Source: Squalus acanthias (taxonomy: Eukaryota). From it: DNA of 64,000 nt. The notes under the pieces were generated by a model, which saw only the letters and a list, made by a program, of their open reading frames with translations, did no database searches and was not told the origin of the DNA. The stretch lies in NCBI GenBank assembly GCA_030390025.1, contig CM059432.1:53632001-53696000 (forward strand), in the 5' to 3' direction. Both the position numbers and the translations under genes were made by a program. Positions 1 to 12,619 of this stretch are shown here, one piece after another; positions within the stretch are counted from its first letter, which is position 1, and each line of letters opens with the position of its first letter.

Positions 1-640
1 GGAGGAGGCCCTAGAGATCTCTTGAGTTGCAGAGCTGCTGGCGGTGGGAGACGGAGAGAGGGGGAGCTCCCAGCATCCTGGTTACAGAATTAAATCTCAT
101 ACAGCTACATGGCATACAACAGTCACTCATATGATGACTGATGTCAGCATCCAGTGAAATGTCATCATGTGCATAATAGTAACTTTACCCATTCTTAATA
201 TAACACTTCTAATTCATCTCTTTACTCTCCCACAGGTCCGTCAAGCTCCCCCCACCCCCACTGTCCAGCCGAAGGAGGAAGACGACTCCTCAGAGAAAGC
301 TCTATTCTCTGAGGGTGCACCATCAGCAGACACATGCACCAGTGCAGATACGCACACCTCAGTGGGTCCTATGTGAGATAGAGTAGTGTTGTCACCTGGT
401 GTCTCTCACATCACAAGTGAGCAAGAGCAGATGGTGTTGACAGGGACAACAGTGGAGACCCCTCGCCGGAGAATGGAGGAGTCCATCTCCAACATGAGCA
501 TCACCATCTCGCAGGTGATGGCGACGATGTGTTGTTCCATGGAAAGGATGGCCACCTACGTTGAGCAGCAAATGCGCTAGTCACACAAGAACATGCCTGC
601 TGTGGACAACAGATGGCAGACGCTCATCGACCTCACCTCG
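1..640 (+). pseudogene. Harbinger Myb/SANT accessory gene relic (end of exon 2, intron, exon 3)
   Basis: 1-80 translates EEALEIS*VAELLAVGDGE, like exon 2 at 60015-60174 (EEDALEISDTSASLSVGGGE). Acceptor ctctcccacag ends at 235. Exon 3 TSADTHTSVGPM*DRVVLSPGVSHITSEQEQ aligns by eye with TSTDTRTLMVPLQQLVGFSPGDSHLTSEHEQ at 58909-59358. In-frame stops present. Confidence 0.75.
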
Positions 641-661
641 AGGAGGGATATAAACGTAGAC

Positions 662-760
662 ATAAAAACAGAAAATGCTAGAAATACTCAGCAGGTCAGG
701 CAGCATCTGTGGAGAGAGAAACAGAGTTAATGTTTCAGGTCAATGACCCTTCGTCAGAAC
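662..760 (-). mobile_element. Penelope-like element terminal (pLTR) fragment
   Basis: AAAACAGAAAATGCT...CAGCAGGTCAGGCAGCATCTGTGGAGAGAGAAACAGAGTTAA...CAGAAC resembles the common shark Penelope-like terminus and contains a hammerhead core on the minus strand. Confidence 0.7.
726..760 (-). ncRNA. Minimal type I hammerhead ribozyme motif (probably decayed)
   Basis: Minus strand reads GUU-CUGACGA-A-GGGUC-AUU-GACCU-GAAA-CAUU-AAC: both core boxes, a stem II hairpin and a GUU/AAC stem I. Confidence 0.7.
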
Positions 761-769
761 CATTCTGCC

Positions 770-2040
770 CTTGTTGTTTCTTAGCTCTACCCAAAGTGAT
801 TCTCTCCACTGTTTTTATCCCATCGTTTATTATCATTTTCCATTTTGCCTATCTCTTCTAAAAGTCAAGTATCCTGGAATATTTAGTTCCCAACCTTGGT
901 CACTCTGCAACCATGGGGGCAATTTTGCCAGCCCTGGGGAGGCGGGTTTGAGGCGGGACTGCCGGGAATATGGCAGAATCTGGGGGCGGGTACCCATCCT
1001 GCCCCCAACCCGCCTCCGTGCCATCTTCCCAGGAGGTGGGTACCTAACTCGCGTCGGGTCCTGTCTCCTCGAGGCGGGAAGGGGATTACAGCCACTTAAC
1101 TGCCTGTTAACAAAGAGTTAACAGGCAGTTAAGAGGATTATCCCCATTTTTCCAACAGAAGTACGGGCTTCCCAACGTCGGGACACCCCGCCAGCGAGGC
1201 GAGTAGTGGGTCTGCGGGGGTCGGAGGGGCTGAAAAGTGCGCTGTGGAGGTGAGTGATGGGTGCAAGTGTGGAGAGGTAAGTATGTGAGGTGAGTGAAAA
1301 GTGATAGAGAAAGTTTCCTTCCCTTTGTTTCTTCCTGCAGTCTTCAATCGTTGGGGATCCGGAGTCTCCGGCATCTCCACGGCAGAGATGACAGAATGGC
1401 TGCTGCATTCTCCGATGCAACAGCCATCTGCTTTCTGCTCAGGAAATAGGTTTGGTGAACATTGAGTACAAGAACTCACCAAACAACAAAGAATGTCAGT
1501 GTTTGACAGCTTCTCAAAGCTGTCAAACGATGACAATTCATCTGTCAAAAATTGAAACGTCATACGCTGACGTTCTCTGTCACCGGCTTTCCCTTAATTG
1601 GCCTGCTAAGCCCGCTGGGCGGGCTTAACAAGGTCAATCAAGGGAAAATAGCGTGGGTTGGCTGGACGTCGATGGAGGTGGGACTAAAACCCGACAAGCA
1701 GCAGTCCCGCCTCCAACGCGCCCCCATTGGCAAAATCAGCCCCCATGTCTCTGTAATGGCTATTAGATCAAGCCCATTTATTTCTATCTATGCTATTGAT
1801 TTATCGATTTTGTTGCGAATGCTTCACGCATTCAGATATAATGCCTGCAGCTTTAACTTTTTTCTATTTTTCCCTGATGTTATCTTAGTCACTGATGCCC
1901 TATTACCTTTGTTGAGCTCTCTATCCCTTCCTGATCCACTCTGCTTATTTTTACCCAAATCGCTCCTCAGTAAGTATATGCACTTAACTATTTGAATTGC
2001 TTTAATGAACAGCAGTTCAGATATCACTCCCTAAATGTTC
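770..2040 (-). mobile_element. CR1 LINE fragment (ORF2 endonuclease start), split by a MITE
   Basis: Minus translation LYLNA...IEINGLDLIAITET|WLQSDQGWELNIPGYLTFRRDRQNGK is continuous once 915-1744 is removed. Confidence 0.85.
915..1744 (+). mobile_element. Non-autonomous Harbinger-type element (MITE)
   Basis: Ends GGGGGCAATTTT / AAAATCAGCCCC with a 3-bp TSD (CAT/ATG). A homologous copy lies in opposite orientation at 51613-52454. Confidence 0.85.
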
Positions 2041-2049
2041 TGAAAAGTC

Positions 2050-2600
2050 TACATAATGAGTACAAAAACCATTCAAGTGGGAGCGAGCTGGAAATTGATG
2101 CTGTCCCTAACTGTTTCTAAAGCAATGAGTTCATATATGACATTCGGGAAAGGTCTGCAGAAAGGTAATTTACGAGATGTCAATCATCTGGTGACAAAGT
2201 TATTCCCACATAGACCAGGCATGTACCTGTTCAATTGTCTGACCATATGAGTCTTTTAGAGTTACAAACCTTTGAAGCTCACTGTGGTTCACATTCAGGG
2301 GAATAACTGGGTAAAACTGCCTTCAATAGTCACCAGATTTTTCCATGCATCCATGTCTTATTCAAGCAAGGAAAGCTTTTATTGCTCAGTTGCCCAGGGC
2401 AGCCACAGAATGTTGATTGGCAATTTGAAATACTTTTCAGGGACACTTGTCAGACGATCCAACCTCTTGGGAGTTTTTCTGAATCAATTCTATATGGTCA
2501 GAGTGAAACACTGTGAGGAACTAAAGCTTTTGATATAGATATTACCCATAAAGCAATGGTGCAGTATTACGCAGGTAATAAATTTAGAAACGTCAGCTTT
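2050..2600 (-). mobile_element. Ancient L1/Tx1-like ORF2 relic
   Basis: Minus translation KTPKRLDRLTSVPEKYFKLPINILWLPWATEQ*KL resembles the L1/Tx1 RT-thumb region (KTPRI...GGLALPNF..YYWAA). Heavily degraded. Confidence 0.4.
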
Positions 2601-3921
2601 GTTTACTTCTCCACAACCTCTTCTTCTGCATTCAACTCCATTCTTGCTTTGATCTTCTCTGGCATTCTATCATTCCTAGCTTGTAGGTCTGAAGTCGTCA
2701 TTACCTCCCTCTTCCTGCTGTTAGCAAGAACTGCTTACATTTTTTTCTATAGGGAATAGGATTTAATATTTGGATTTAAATCCCACCCACTCCAAATGTC
2801 AAATATTTTTGCACTACCTGAATCTGGTCACCAGATTTAAAAAATAATTAACTAATGAATGGTGCTTACTTAAGCCCACTAATTTTAGAATTAAGTCCAG
2901 TAATTACTTCCCAAAAATGGAGAATTGCAAAATTAGGGTTGGATTCAATAAAATCGGAGACACTGACCTTGGCACACTGCAGGTCGGCCGTGATTCTCGA
3001 AGCCATTTTTCTCCATATGGTGCAAGGAGCATTTCACTATCTCTCCATATCAAAGAACATTGACAGGGACGTTCCTTCAGCAATCTCTACACGATACGGG
3101 TTATGTAATGAAGTTTCTTTGGCGAGGACGGCACTGAGGATGCAATTGATGCCACTGCCACCACCACCGCCAACCGCACCCCCCGCCCCCCTCCAGGCCA
3201 CCTCCAAGCTCAGTCAGAGTCACCCAGCTCTCCTCAACCAGGAACCAGCGCGGACACATTCGACCGGAACGAGCGAGCACCTCAACGCCAGGTGAGCACT
3301 CACCGTCACAATCCAGTTTCAGGCACGGGAAGACTCTGAGGAGCTAGTGGATGTCGCCACCTCTCCAGATAGACCAGCTAGAAAGCGGCCAAGGACTGGT
3401 GAGTCAGTGGAGTCTGAATTGATGGCTACAGGCATGAAGAGGCCCCTGCTGGTGGAGCATCAGAGGGGTATGAGGACCCTGGGATCCATCAGCAGTAACA
3501 TGGAGCTTCTTGCGGGTGTGGCTTGAGTCTGCTGTCATGCTGAGAACTAACATCGCACAGGAGATGCCGCAGGTGGCAACTGCATTGGGACATCTCATAG
3601 GTCCCGACAGGGGACGGTGATGGAGCTGTCGGGGCTTCCACCGTGATGGAAGCTCAGATTTCTGCTCTTGAGGCTTTGGGTGACAGACGAGAGGGCACAA
3701 TGAATTATTGCTTCCAGACTCTTACTAAGGCTTTGTGGGATCTGGCAGGCTGCCATCGTGCCAGTCATCAGGCTGATAATTGGGGCTGCAGATCAAGACC
3801 GCAGTGGAAGGGCAGCTGGTACGGTCCAAGAGCCTGCTGCTGCCACCTCTCCGGGTGGCAGCACAGCCAAGGTATCCGGCCTTCCAACAGCAAGCATTGA
3901 GCCATCTTTACACAGCTGACT

Positions 3922-4276
3922 GCACAAGATGTACTGCAGCAAATCGACAAGGCCTCTTCGACAGCACCTCCCAAAGCCATGACCTTCACCACCTAGAAGG
4001 ACAAGGGGCAGCAGACGCATGGGAACACCACCACCTCCAAGTTCCCCTCCAAGTCACACACCATCCTGACTTAGAAAAATCACCGATCCTTCATCGTCAC
4101 TTGCTCAAAATCCTGGAACTCCCTCCCTAACAGCACTGTGGGAGTACCTTCACCACACGGACTGCAGCGGTTCAAGAAGGCGGCTCACCACCACCTTCTC
4201 AAGGGCAATTAGGGATGGGCAATAAATGCTGGCCTTGCCAGTGACGCCCACATCCCAGGAATGAATTAAAAAAAAC
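3922..4276 (+). mobile_element. CR1-group LINE 3' fragment
   Basis: Close match to 4880-5230; ends ...CACCACCTTCTCAAGGGCAATTAGGGATGGGCAATAAATGCTGGCC...GAATT(A)n. Confidence 0.85.
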
Positions 4277-4332
4277 AAGGCAGTTCAGGATTGCCCTCCA
4301 GGGATGCAGCTAGCAGCGGCCCTAGTCTAGGA

Positions 4333-5234
4333 GCTGATGATTGCACAGTGTTCAGTTCCATTCAGAACTCTTCAGATAATGAAGCAGTCCGTGCCCGCAT
4401 GCAGCAAGCTCTGGATGACATTCAGGCTTGGGCTGATAAGTGGCAAGTAACATTTGTGCCACACAAGTGCCAGGCAATGACCATTTCCAACGAGAGAGTC
4501 TAGCCACCTCCCCATGACATTCAGCGGCATTACTATCGCTGAAGCTCTCACGATCAACATCCTGGGGGTCACCATTGACCAGAAACTTAACTGGATCGGC
4601 CACATAAATACTGTGGCTACAAGATCAGGTCAGAAGCTGGGTATTCTGCGGCGAGTAACTCACCTCCTGACTCCCCAAAGCCTTTCCACCATCTACAAGG
4701 CACAAGTCAGGAGTGTGATGGAATACTCTCACTTGCCTGGATGAGTGCAGCTCCAACAACACTCAAGAAGCTCGACACCATCCAGGACAAAGCAGCCTGC
4801 TTGATTGGCACCCCATCGACCACCTTAACCATTCACTACATCCACCACTGGCATACTGTGGCTGCAGTGTGTACCATCTACAAGATGCACTGCAGCAACT
4901 CGCCAAGGCTTCTTCAACAGCATCTCCCAAACCCGTGGCCTCTTCCACCTAGAAGGACAAGGGCAGCAGATGCATGGGAACAGCAGCACCTCCAAGTTCC
5001 CCTCCAAGTCACACACCATCCTGACTTGGAAGTATATCGCCGTTCCTTCATCGTCATTGGGTTAAAATCTTGGAACTCTCTCCCTAACAGCACTGTGGGA
5101 GTACCTTCACCACATGGACTGCAGCGAATCAAGGCGGCGGCTCACCACCACCTTCTCAAGGGCAATTAGGGATGGCAATAAATGCTGGCCTTGCCAGCGA
5201 TGCCCACATCCCATGAATTAATAATTTTAAAAAA
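4333..5234 (+). mobile_element. CR1-group LINE, 5'-truncated (RT C-terminus and 3' tail)
   Basis: ADDCTVF motif, WADKWQVTFVPHKCQAM, ILGVTIDQKLNW, YKAQVRSVMEY, WNSLP; poly-A tail. Confidence 0.9.
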
Positions 5235-5401
5235 ATGTTCAAATGTCTAAATAGAGCTTAAATTTTTCAGGTAATATTTATACTTTGTTTTTAAAATTTC
5301 TAGTTAAATTTACTAATCACATGAAACATTCTTTATAATAAAACAGTCTTTGAAGTTAAGGAACCCTGTGTCTGATTCTTCTTCTGGTTGTGACCTCTCA
5401 C

Positions 5402-6476
5402 TTATTGGGTAAAAGTCTGAGCCACAAGCTGCCCTCTCACCACCCTGCCCTCTCGAAGCGACGCATCCTGCAGATATCCCTTGGCTCCCGCTCCCACAGT
5501 CCAGGATCTTCTGCTCCAATTAGCTTGTCCCTGGAATGTCAAGATCCAGACCTTTTATCATGGCGAAGTTGTGCAGGGTACAGCACAGGACTATCCTTGC
5601 TACCCTCCCTGAGGTGGATTGGAGAACACCCCCGACCTGTCCAAGCACCTGGAGCGGCTCTTCAGCATCCCAATGGTCCTCTCATCTATCTATCTCTCCT
5701 CAGCTTTGGTCTGAAGAATGCAACAAGGCATCATCAGCCACGGCAGCGAGGTGTAAGTGTCGTCACCGAGGATCCATCCTTCCACCTGCTCCCAGTTCCC
5801 GAGCATGTGTGCGATGACCAGGTTGCGCGTAATAAATGCATCAGGACAGGCCCCCGCAACTGCACACTCACAAGCAAGATGTGCAGCCGGGCGTCACTGC
5901 ACTTTGAGGGAGTGGTAGCCCTTTCTGTTCACGTAACTTTGTGGGTTATGAAGTGGAGCCTTTATTTTGACATGTGTTCCATTGCTCGCCCCCTGCTCTC
6001 GGGGAAGCCAGTCATCCTTTGCCCCATTGGGGACTTGCCAAATCTGAGGAACTACCCAGCCCTGTGGAAAAGGGAGTCTGTTACCTGCCGAATGCAGGCC
6101 CTCACTGCCCCTTGACTAATCTGCGCAGGTCCCCTATGGATGCCTGGAAGGATCCAGACCGATAAATATTAAGAGCCGTGGTGAATTTCTTTTATACAGG
6201 TAAGGCTCTGCTGCATTTGGACCAGAACTTTAAGTCATTGCAGAGCAAGCTGTTGGTCTCCTTTGTAAACCGCTGCCGTCGCATAGTCAACTCTTCAGAC
6301 ATCTCCTCGAATGTCAGTCGAGGCCTATACACTCCTCAGGCTGGGTACTTGCGTGTGGGGTGCTGTCTTGGCTGGTGGTGCGTCACTGTCCAGGCCTCTT
6401 ATCTCTGATTCTCTTCCTCCTGTTCTTTCTCCTCCATGATAATGGCAAGCAGGAGTAGTGCTAGCAAAAGAGACAT
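5402..6476 (-). pseudogene. Harbinger (HARBI1-type DDE) transposase relic
   Basis: Minus translation GVYRPRLTFEEMSEE..RRQRFTKE at the N-terminus, WILGDDTY-like and VRGQLVAQTF* at the C-terminus; many frameshifts. Confidence 0.75.
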
Positions 6477-6913
6477 TTTATTTCTCAAAATGACTGGAAA
6501 ATGCTTGTCAGGATTCACAGGGCGGGAATGGCTTCGACGCTTCCTGGAGCAGCTGATTTGCGCATGCTTCAGGTGACTATCGATGCCTGTACGCATGAAA
6601 ATCTGGTCATAATTTCAAAAGAGCTCCTGAACCAGCACAATTGCAGGAAATTTGTGTGTAAGGCACAGTAGCTTGGGAGCGGAGCTATTATAGTGAGCCA
6701 AGATGCTTAACTCACTTACGCCCAATTTTCCTCAATCTTTTATGTCTCTCTGGGTGCAAATACACAGGAAATTCCATCCCTATATTTAAAGAACCTTTCA
6801 AACAAAAGGACAAAGCAATGGTACAAATAAACCACCAGAGGGCAGCAAGCACCACTACAGCACCCTGAAAATTGAGTAGACGGCAAGGAAAATTGGGGAA
6901 GAGGGGATAATTG

Positions 6914-7487
6914 GGGTAGAAATGTCTATGAAATTTGTCGGCACCTGGTTTTGAGCATGAAGGCAGCGATGCCGCTGCAATTTGTGCCCAAACCAAGAGA
7001 CCCAAGGCAAGTCTGAAATTGGCCTTATTAATTGGGTGAGCTGCCAGCACCTGTCACAGGCAACTCGCCCATTTGTAGAAATTAATATTGGGCTTCCAGC
7101 AATGTTCCGAAGGTAAGTTCCGCGATGGGGGTGTGGAGCAGCAACCGATTGGGATGCTGTGGAGTCGGGGGAGCACTCCTTCTGCTCCTGACTCCACAGC
7201 ATGTATTTAAAAAACATTTTTTTTTAAACGTATCTTTTGGTGCCGGTCGCCCAGCGACTGCTTAAAAATCCCGAGCGGAGCAGGCCCAGCTTTGAATTTC
7301 AGCAAAGGAGCCTGAAACATGCTGTAAGGGGCCTAATGCATTTTTTTAGGAGATTGTCAGGGATGCCTGAAAAATCGCCCAACCCAATATAGGGTCGAAC
7401 TTTTTACAAGCATTTTTGGGTGCGGGACATTGGTCCCCGCAATTGGCCCTTGTTGCGTCCATTTTACACCTGTTCAATTTCTATCCC
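6914..7487. mobile_element. Non-autonomous Harbinger-type element
   Basis: Inverted ends GGGTAGAAAT / ATTTCTATCCC; GC-rich subterminal regions. Confidence 0.65.
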
Positions 7488-7679
7488 AGCCTTTCTAGAA
7501 ATTACAGATTATGACTAGACTGCTCAGGAAAGAAATAAAGAAATTAATGACATGACAATAGACTGCAAGACCATTTGAGGAATCATATACATAACTCACC
7601 AAATATACCAATGAAACCAGACATATAGCTCACTACATAACCACTAGACATACCAGGGAAAATGGCCTGATTTTTTAAC

Positions 7680-9640
7680 TTTGTTCTGTGGGTGCTGCAG
7701 GCAAGGAATTGTCATTCCTAGTTGCCTTGAGAAAGTGGTGGTGGGCCTTCTTCTTGAACCACTGCAGTCCTTGTGGTGAATGTATGCCCACAATGGTGTT
7801 AGGGAGGGAATTTCCAGATTATGATCCAGGAATGATGAAGGAATGGTGACATATATCCAAGTCAGGATGTTGGGTAAGTTGGAGGGGAAATTGGAGGTGA
7901 CGGTGTTCCCACAGCATTGCTGCTCTTTTTATTTTTAGTGGTAGAGATTGCAGAAGAGGGAGATGCTGTCAAAGTAGTCTTGGTGAGTTGCTGCAGTGAG
8001 TCCCGTAAATGGTTATGCTGTACAGTGCGCCACTGGTGGAGGGAATGAGTCTTGAGTCTTGAGTCTTGTGGCTGCATCGATCCACGCGAGTGGTGAGTAT
8101 TCCATCACATTCCTGACTTAAGCTTTGTAGATGATGGAGAAGCTTTTAGGGGTCAGAAGATGTGTTACTCGTCATAGAGTGCCCAGCCTCTATGTTGCTG
8201 TTGGAGCACAGTGTTGATACAATGGGCTGGATTTTGATATTGGGGCAGGCTGGGGTCGTGTTATCCACTTTTCGTGTTATCCACCCGACTGCAATTGGAT
8301 GTGGGAGATTGATGCGATTTTCACTTAATTGGGCAATTGAGTTCCAGCATGTGGGAACCCATGACCCAATTAGTGTTTTCAGTCTAAAAGTCGCCTCTGA
8401 TGATGTCATCATTGTTGCTGCATTGAAGGTCTGCAAAGACTGCCTGGCCTTTGCTGTGAGAGGACCTGGAGGCAAAATGAGCAGCAGCCCTAAGTCTGCT
8501 CCCAGATATTTTTGTACCACCACCACCACCACCACTCCCAGATATTTCTATTTCTATTCCTCCTCCTCCTTCTCCTCCTCCTCCTCCTACCACTACCACC
8601 ACCACCAGCTACAACATCATCATCACCATCACATCTCCGTTGTAATAGTGGACCTGCAGCTGATAGTCAGCTATCGAAATGTGCTACCGCCAGGTTTCAC
8701 ATTCGTGGTTCAGAACAAGCGTGCTTCACGTAGAAAAAGGGTTAAAATCACAAAGGCCTTTCAACATGGCATTATAGAGGCAATTTAGTGCTTGTTAAGG
8801 GCCTTAACAGCCTATCCCGCCTCTTAGAGGCAGGACGGACGGAGTCAGGACTAGCAGACACGATTTAATGAAAATTGCGTGGAGGCGGGATGGAGGCGGG
8901 CTTGTACCCACCCGCCAGTTTTCGCAATTTTAACCCTCCACACGCCTCCAAACCCGCCTCCACGGGTCAATGAAAATTCTGTCCATTGTGTCCATTTCAG
9001 CTTCTGGGTCTATGATATTGATGGTGAGGGACTTGGCGATGGTGGTGTTATTGAATGACAAGAGGAAGTGGCTGGGCTTTGTATTGTTGAAAATGGTCAT
9101 TAAATGGCACTTGGGCGGCGTGAATGTTACTTGTCATTTGTCAACAGAAGTCTGGATGTTATAGGCTGGCATAGGCTGCTTCATATGTGGTGTTGTGAAC
9201 GGAGCCGAACACTGTGGAATCGTTAGTGAATAGCCCCACTCATGATCTTATGACAGAAAGAAGGTAATTGATGAAGCAGCATAAGTTCGCTAGGCCAAGG
9301 ATGCTTCCCTGAGGAACTCCTGCATTGATGTCCTGTGGTTGTGATGACTGACCTCCAACAACCACAACCATCTGCCTTTGTGTCAAGTATGACTCCAGCC
9401 ACTGGAGGGCTTTCCCTTTGATCCCCATTGACCTCAGTCTTGTTAGGTCTCCTTGGTGCCATACACGGGTGGTCGAATGCAACCTTAATGTCAAGGGCAG
9501 CTACCCTCAGCTCTCTTCTGGCATTCAGCTCCTGTGTCCATGTGTGGATTAAGGCTGTGTTGTGGTCTGGAGCTGAGTGGTTCTTGCGGAACCTAAATTG
9601 AGCATCGGTGAGCAGGTTATTAGTGAGTAGGTGTTGCTTA
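7680..9640 (-). mobile_element. CR1-group LINE (same family as 4333-5234), older copy split by a MITE
   Basis: Minus translation VWHQG...GIKGKALQWLESYLTQRQMVVVVGGQSSQPQDINAGVPQGSILG; the left part matches the reverse complement of 4600-5200. Confidence 0.85.
8224..8984. mobile_element. Non-autonomous Harbinger-type element containing (CAC)n/(CTC)n microsatellites
   Basis: Ends GGGCTGGATTTT / AAAATTCTGTCC; interrupts the LINE; triplet repeats at ~8516-8630. Confidence 0.7.
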
Positions 9641-10278
9641 ATCCTAGCTTACATTTTTGTTTCATTTGGGATCGCATTTTCCATAATTATTGCCATTTAG
9701 CTACCGGCAGTAATGGCATGTAATAGTCAAGTGTATCATTTTTAGTTATCAAGGTTTCAACAAACTATCCATTCTGTGGATTCATTTACAAGATGGTAAA
9801 GAATGAGCCAAAGCCTGGGGAGAGATTGAGGATGATGAGAAAGAGAGAACCAGAGGATGTTATTTGTGATTTTGACCAATCTGATCTCAGTTCTATGGGC
9901 AATGAACATACTCCACAACGTACCACATCAGTGCAGATTAGTATAGCAGTAGAATGTTTTCTTTTTTTTTAACACATCCAGATTGCTCCATGAAGTTTCC
10001 TTATTTATTGATATATTTACCTGGCAAGCTTGATGTTATCTGTGTCAGGTGATCAGTTTTTCTTATCCTCAGTCATGTTTAAGTGAGTTTTTGTTGAGTT
10101 TTTTTAATGGTACATTCAAGATCTATATGTTTATTGCAGCCTCTGGGAATCTAGTAAGCTGAAATGTTTGTCTAACTTTCTTGCCTTTGATAGGTTTCAG
10201 TGGTTGGGGATTGGAATTTTATATCCAGAAATAAATCTTGTCGTTTAACAAATCCATGATCATTTTCACTGAGATATT

Positions 10279-10635
10279 GGCCTCAATTTTAACTCCCAGA
10301 AGGGAGCACGACAAAGCGAGAAGCATGCTCGTCCAGAAGTGGCAGCAAGCAGGCTTGGCCAATTTTAACCGCCGGGTCCCATTTTCATGCCGCTTACAGA
10401 CTTCCCGACCAAAACGGCCAAGAAGTCGATGGAAAGCAGCTGTCCAGCTATTAAACTTGTGCCAGTTGAAGGCAGCCACCAGGGACCAGAGGGAACGGTC
10501 TCCCGCACTAAGGGAAGTGGATAGCTGGGGTGGGGGACAATCCTGATCAGGTGGGGGTATCCTGGGAGCAGGGGAGGCCCAAGGCTCTCCTGCTCGAGTC
10601 AAGCTCGCCACTTGCCCCGAATTAAAATTGGTGGC
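10279..10635. mobile_element. Non-autonomous Harbinger-type element
   Basis: Ends GGCCTCAATTTTAA / TTAAAATTGGTGGC. Confidence 0.6.
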
Positions 10636-10979
10636 TTTACTGTCGGAGAGTGAGGGAGAAACTGGTCAAGCTGTGTTCTGATGGTGGAGGCAATCAGTTG
10701 CTGAACACCTCTGCTGAGAGCCATCCTCTGACTGTCTTGGCAGCTTGAAGAGACGACTCATCTGAGTGGGAATCTTCCACCGATCTTCTGCCAGAGTTAT
10801 GATGGCTGATTGGGAGAACCCCCAAGGAAACTCCCAGCAAAAGCGAACTTTCAGGCAAAATTCAGTCAAGCCTGATAAGCCAAATAAGTTCCACAATGTA
10901 TTACAGCTTGAAGTAGATCTACAGTGAAAATAAAGTTGCTCACAATTTGACCTCAGAACAAGATACAAAAGCAACTCTT

Positions 10980-11180
10980 TCTTTAAAGAGAAAGGAAATC
11001 TGTCATCCTTTCCCGGTCTGGCCTATATGTGACTCCAGACCCAGACAGCACTGTGGTTGACTTTTAACTACCCTCTGAAATGGCGGCTCACCACCACCTT
11101 CTCAAGGGCAATTAGGGATGGCAATAAATGCTGGCCTTGCCAGTGACACCCACATCCCAGGAATGAATAAAGAAAAAAAC
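10980..11180 (+). mobile_element. SINE 3' fragment sharing the tail of the CR1-group LINE
   Basis: Matches the 3' half of the SINE at 34595-34997 and ends in the same tail as 5135-5230. Confidence 0.8.
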
Positions 11181-11874
11181 ATTTGCATCCTGTAGCAAAA
11201 CTGTAATTTTCAGCTTATGCTATCAGATGAAATGTGCTGCTTTGGTCTTTCCGATTACCATGTTCCTATATTTCAGCTGATGATACTATAATGGACAGTT
11301 TCATTATTGAAACTTATTCGTTGATTGACAGGTTTAAAATTCTTTCTAATACTCTGCCAATGCCTGTTTCTGGGTCTTTAATACTTCATGTGGCTCATTC
11401 TAATGGATTTTCCATTCCTGCCTCTAATGGATTTTCCAAGTCTTTAATATAGTCCTGGCTATCTATAATTTTGGCCATACAAGTACCTATCGAAGCACAA
11501 ATCCCATTTCAATAGTTATTTTAAGTCTGACACTTAACAGCCAAAAAAGGTATGACATCACCACATTTTACGAATTATCCAGATTGCAGCAAAAGTTAAA
11601 CTTTGTCCAAAGGTTTTGCCATTTCTGGTGAACCTCATCTGCTACCTAACACAAAAATTTCTGCAGATGGAAAACATTTTCTGCTGGAAGAATCAAGACA
11701 TTTAGTTATATAAAACACCAGTAATCACAGTTAAATATTAAACCAAGCTGATAATGAGATTCTCTGCCAGCAATCTGCTGAGAAAATAATGTCAAAGCCC
11801 AAGTTTTCAAAATGGGAGCAGTGTGGGCTGATGGAAGACATGAGGCAGTTGGTGATTATGGTGATTAACACAGT

Positions 11875-12619
11875 GGGCCAGAAATTCGGCTGTTGTCGGG
11901 TGAGTACGCGCTGTGTACTCACCCGTAAGGCCACCTGAAGTGCCGGTTTCCTGCATGCACTGCGCATGCGCTGGAAACTGGAACTTCCATTCCCCTGAAG
12001 GAAGGGGTTCAGAAGTCAAATGCGTGCGCGGGAGAGGCAGCGCGCACGCAGCAAACTTCGTTTTTTTTCAGGTTTCTCCGGGAGGGTAAGTATGGAGAAG
12101 CTGCACTTTTAAAAAGGAGGCGCAAGGCCTGTTTTTAACAAGGTAAGTGGTTAATTAATTACAATTTAAACATTTTTTCAACAGGTTTATCTTTTTTAGA
12201 TACTTTAAAGAAAGGTAAGTTTATTTTTAGCACTGTTAAAAAGTATAATACATTTTTGTTTAAAGTAGTTAATTTATGTAACTTATAGTTATTTTAAAAA
12301 TGTGATGTTTATTTAAAAATTTATTTGAAGTTTAAGTGTGGTTTTGGGGCCGATCTCTATTCATAGATTTGACAGGTCTTCCTGTCAAATCTATGAATGA
12401 AAATGCCCTGCTAGGATTGGCTCTCCATGGCCCACGTGATCCCAGGGGACGCTTCGAACTAACTGCGCCCCTGGGATACACAAGCACTGCGCGCCGGCAG
12501 CTGCAGGAGGCCCAGGAGCCGAAGTCCTCGTGGGCCCAAAGCACAACTGCAGGCACGGTAGGCAAGTACGCACGCGATGCTTGCACCTGCAGGAAGCCGG
12601 AAAGCCGAATTTCTAGCCC
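11875..12619. mobile_element. Non-autonomous Harbinger-type element
   Basis: TIR GGGCCAGAAATTCGGCT / AGCCGAATTTCTAGCCC (16/17), perfect AGT TSD, internal 18-bp-arm palindrome at 12359-12398. Confidence 0.9.

Noticed and set aside
5390..6115. 241-aa plus-strand ORF
   Set aside because: Antisense shadow of the decayed Harbinger transposase on the minus strand.
8162..8788. 208-aa ORF with poly-T/S/H runs
   Set aside because: Spans a LINE/MITE junction, and the runs come from triplet microsatellites.
9754..9970. Stop-free frame VSTNYPFCGFIYKMVKNEPK... after an AG
   Set aside because: No convincing donor, no recognisable protein and no partner exons.
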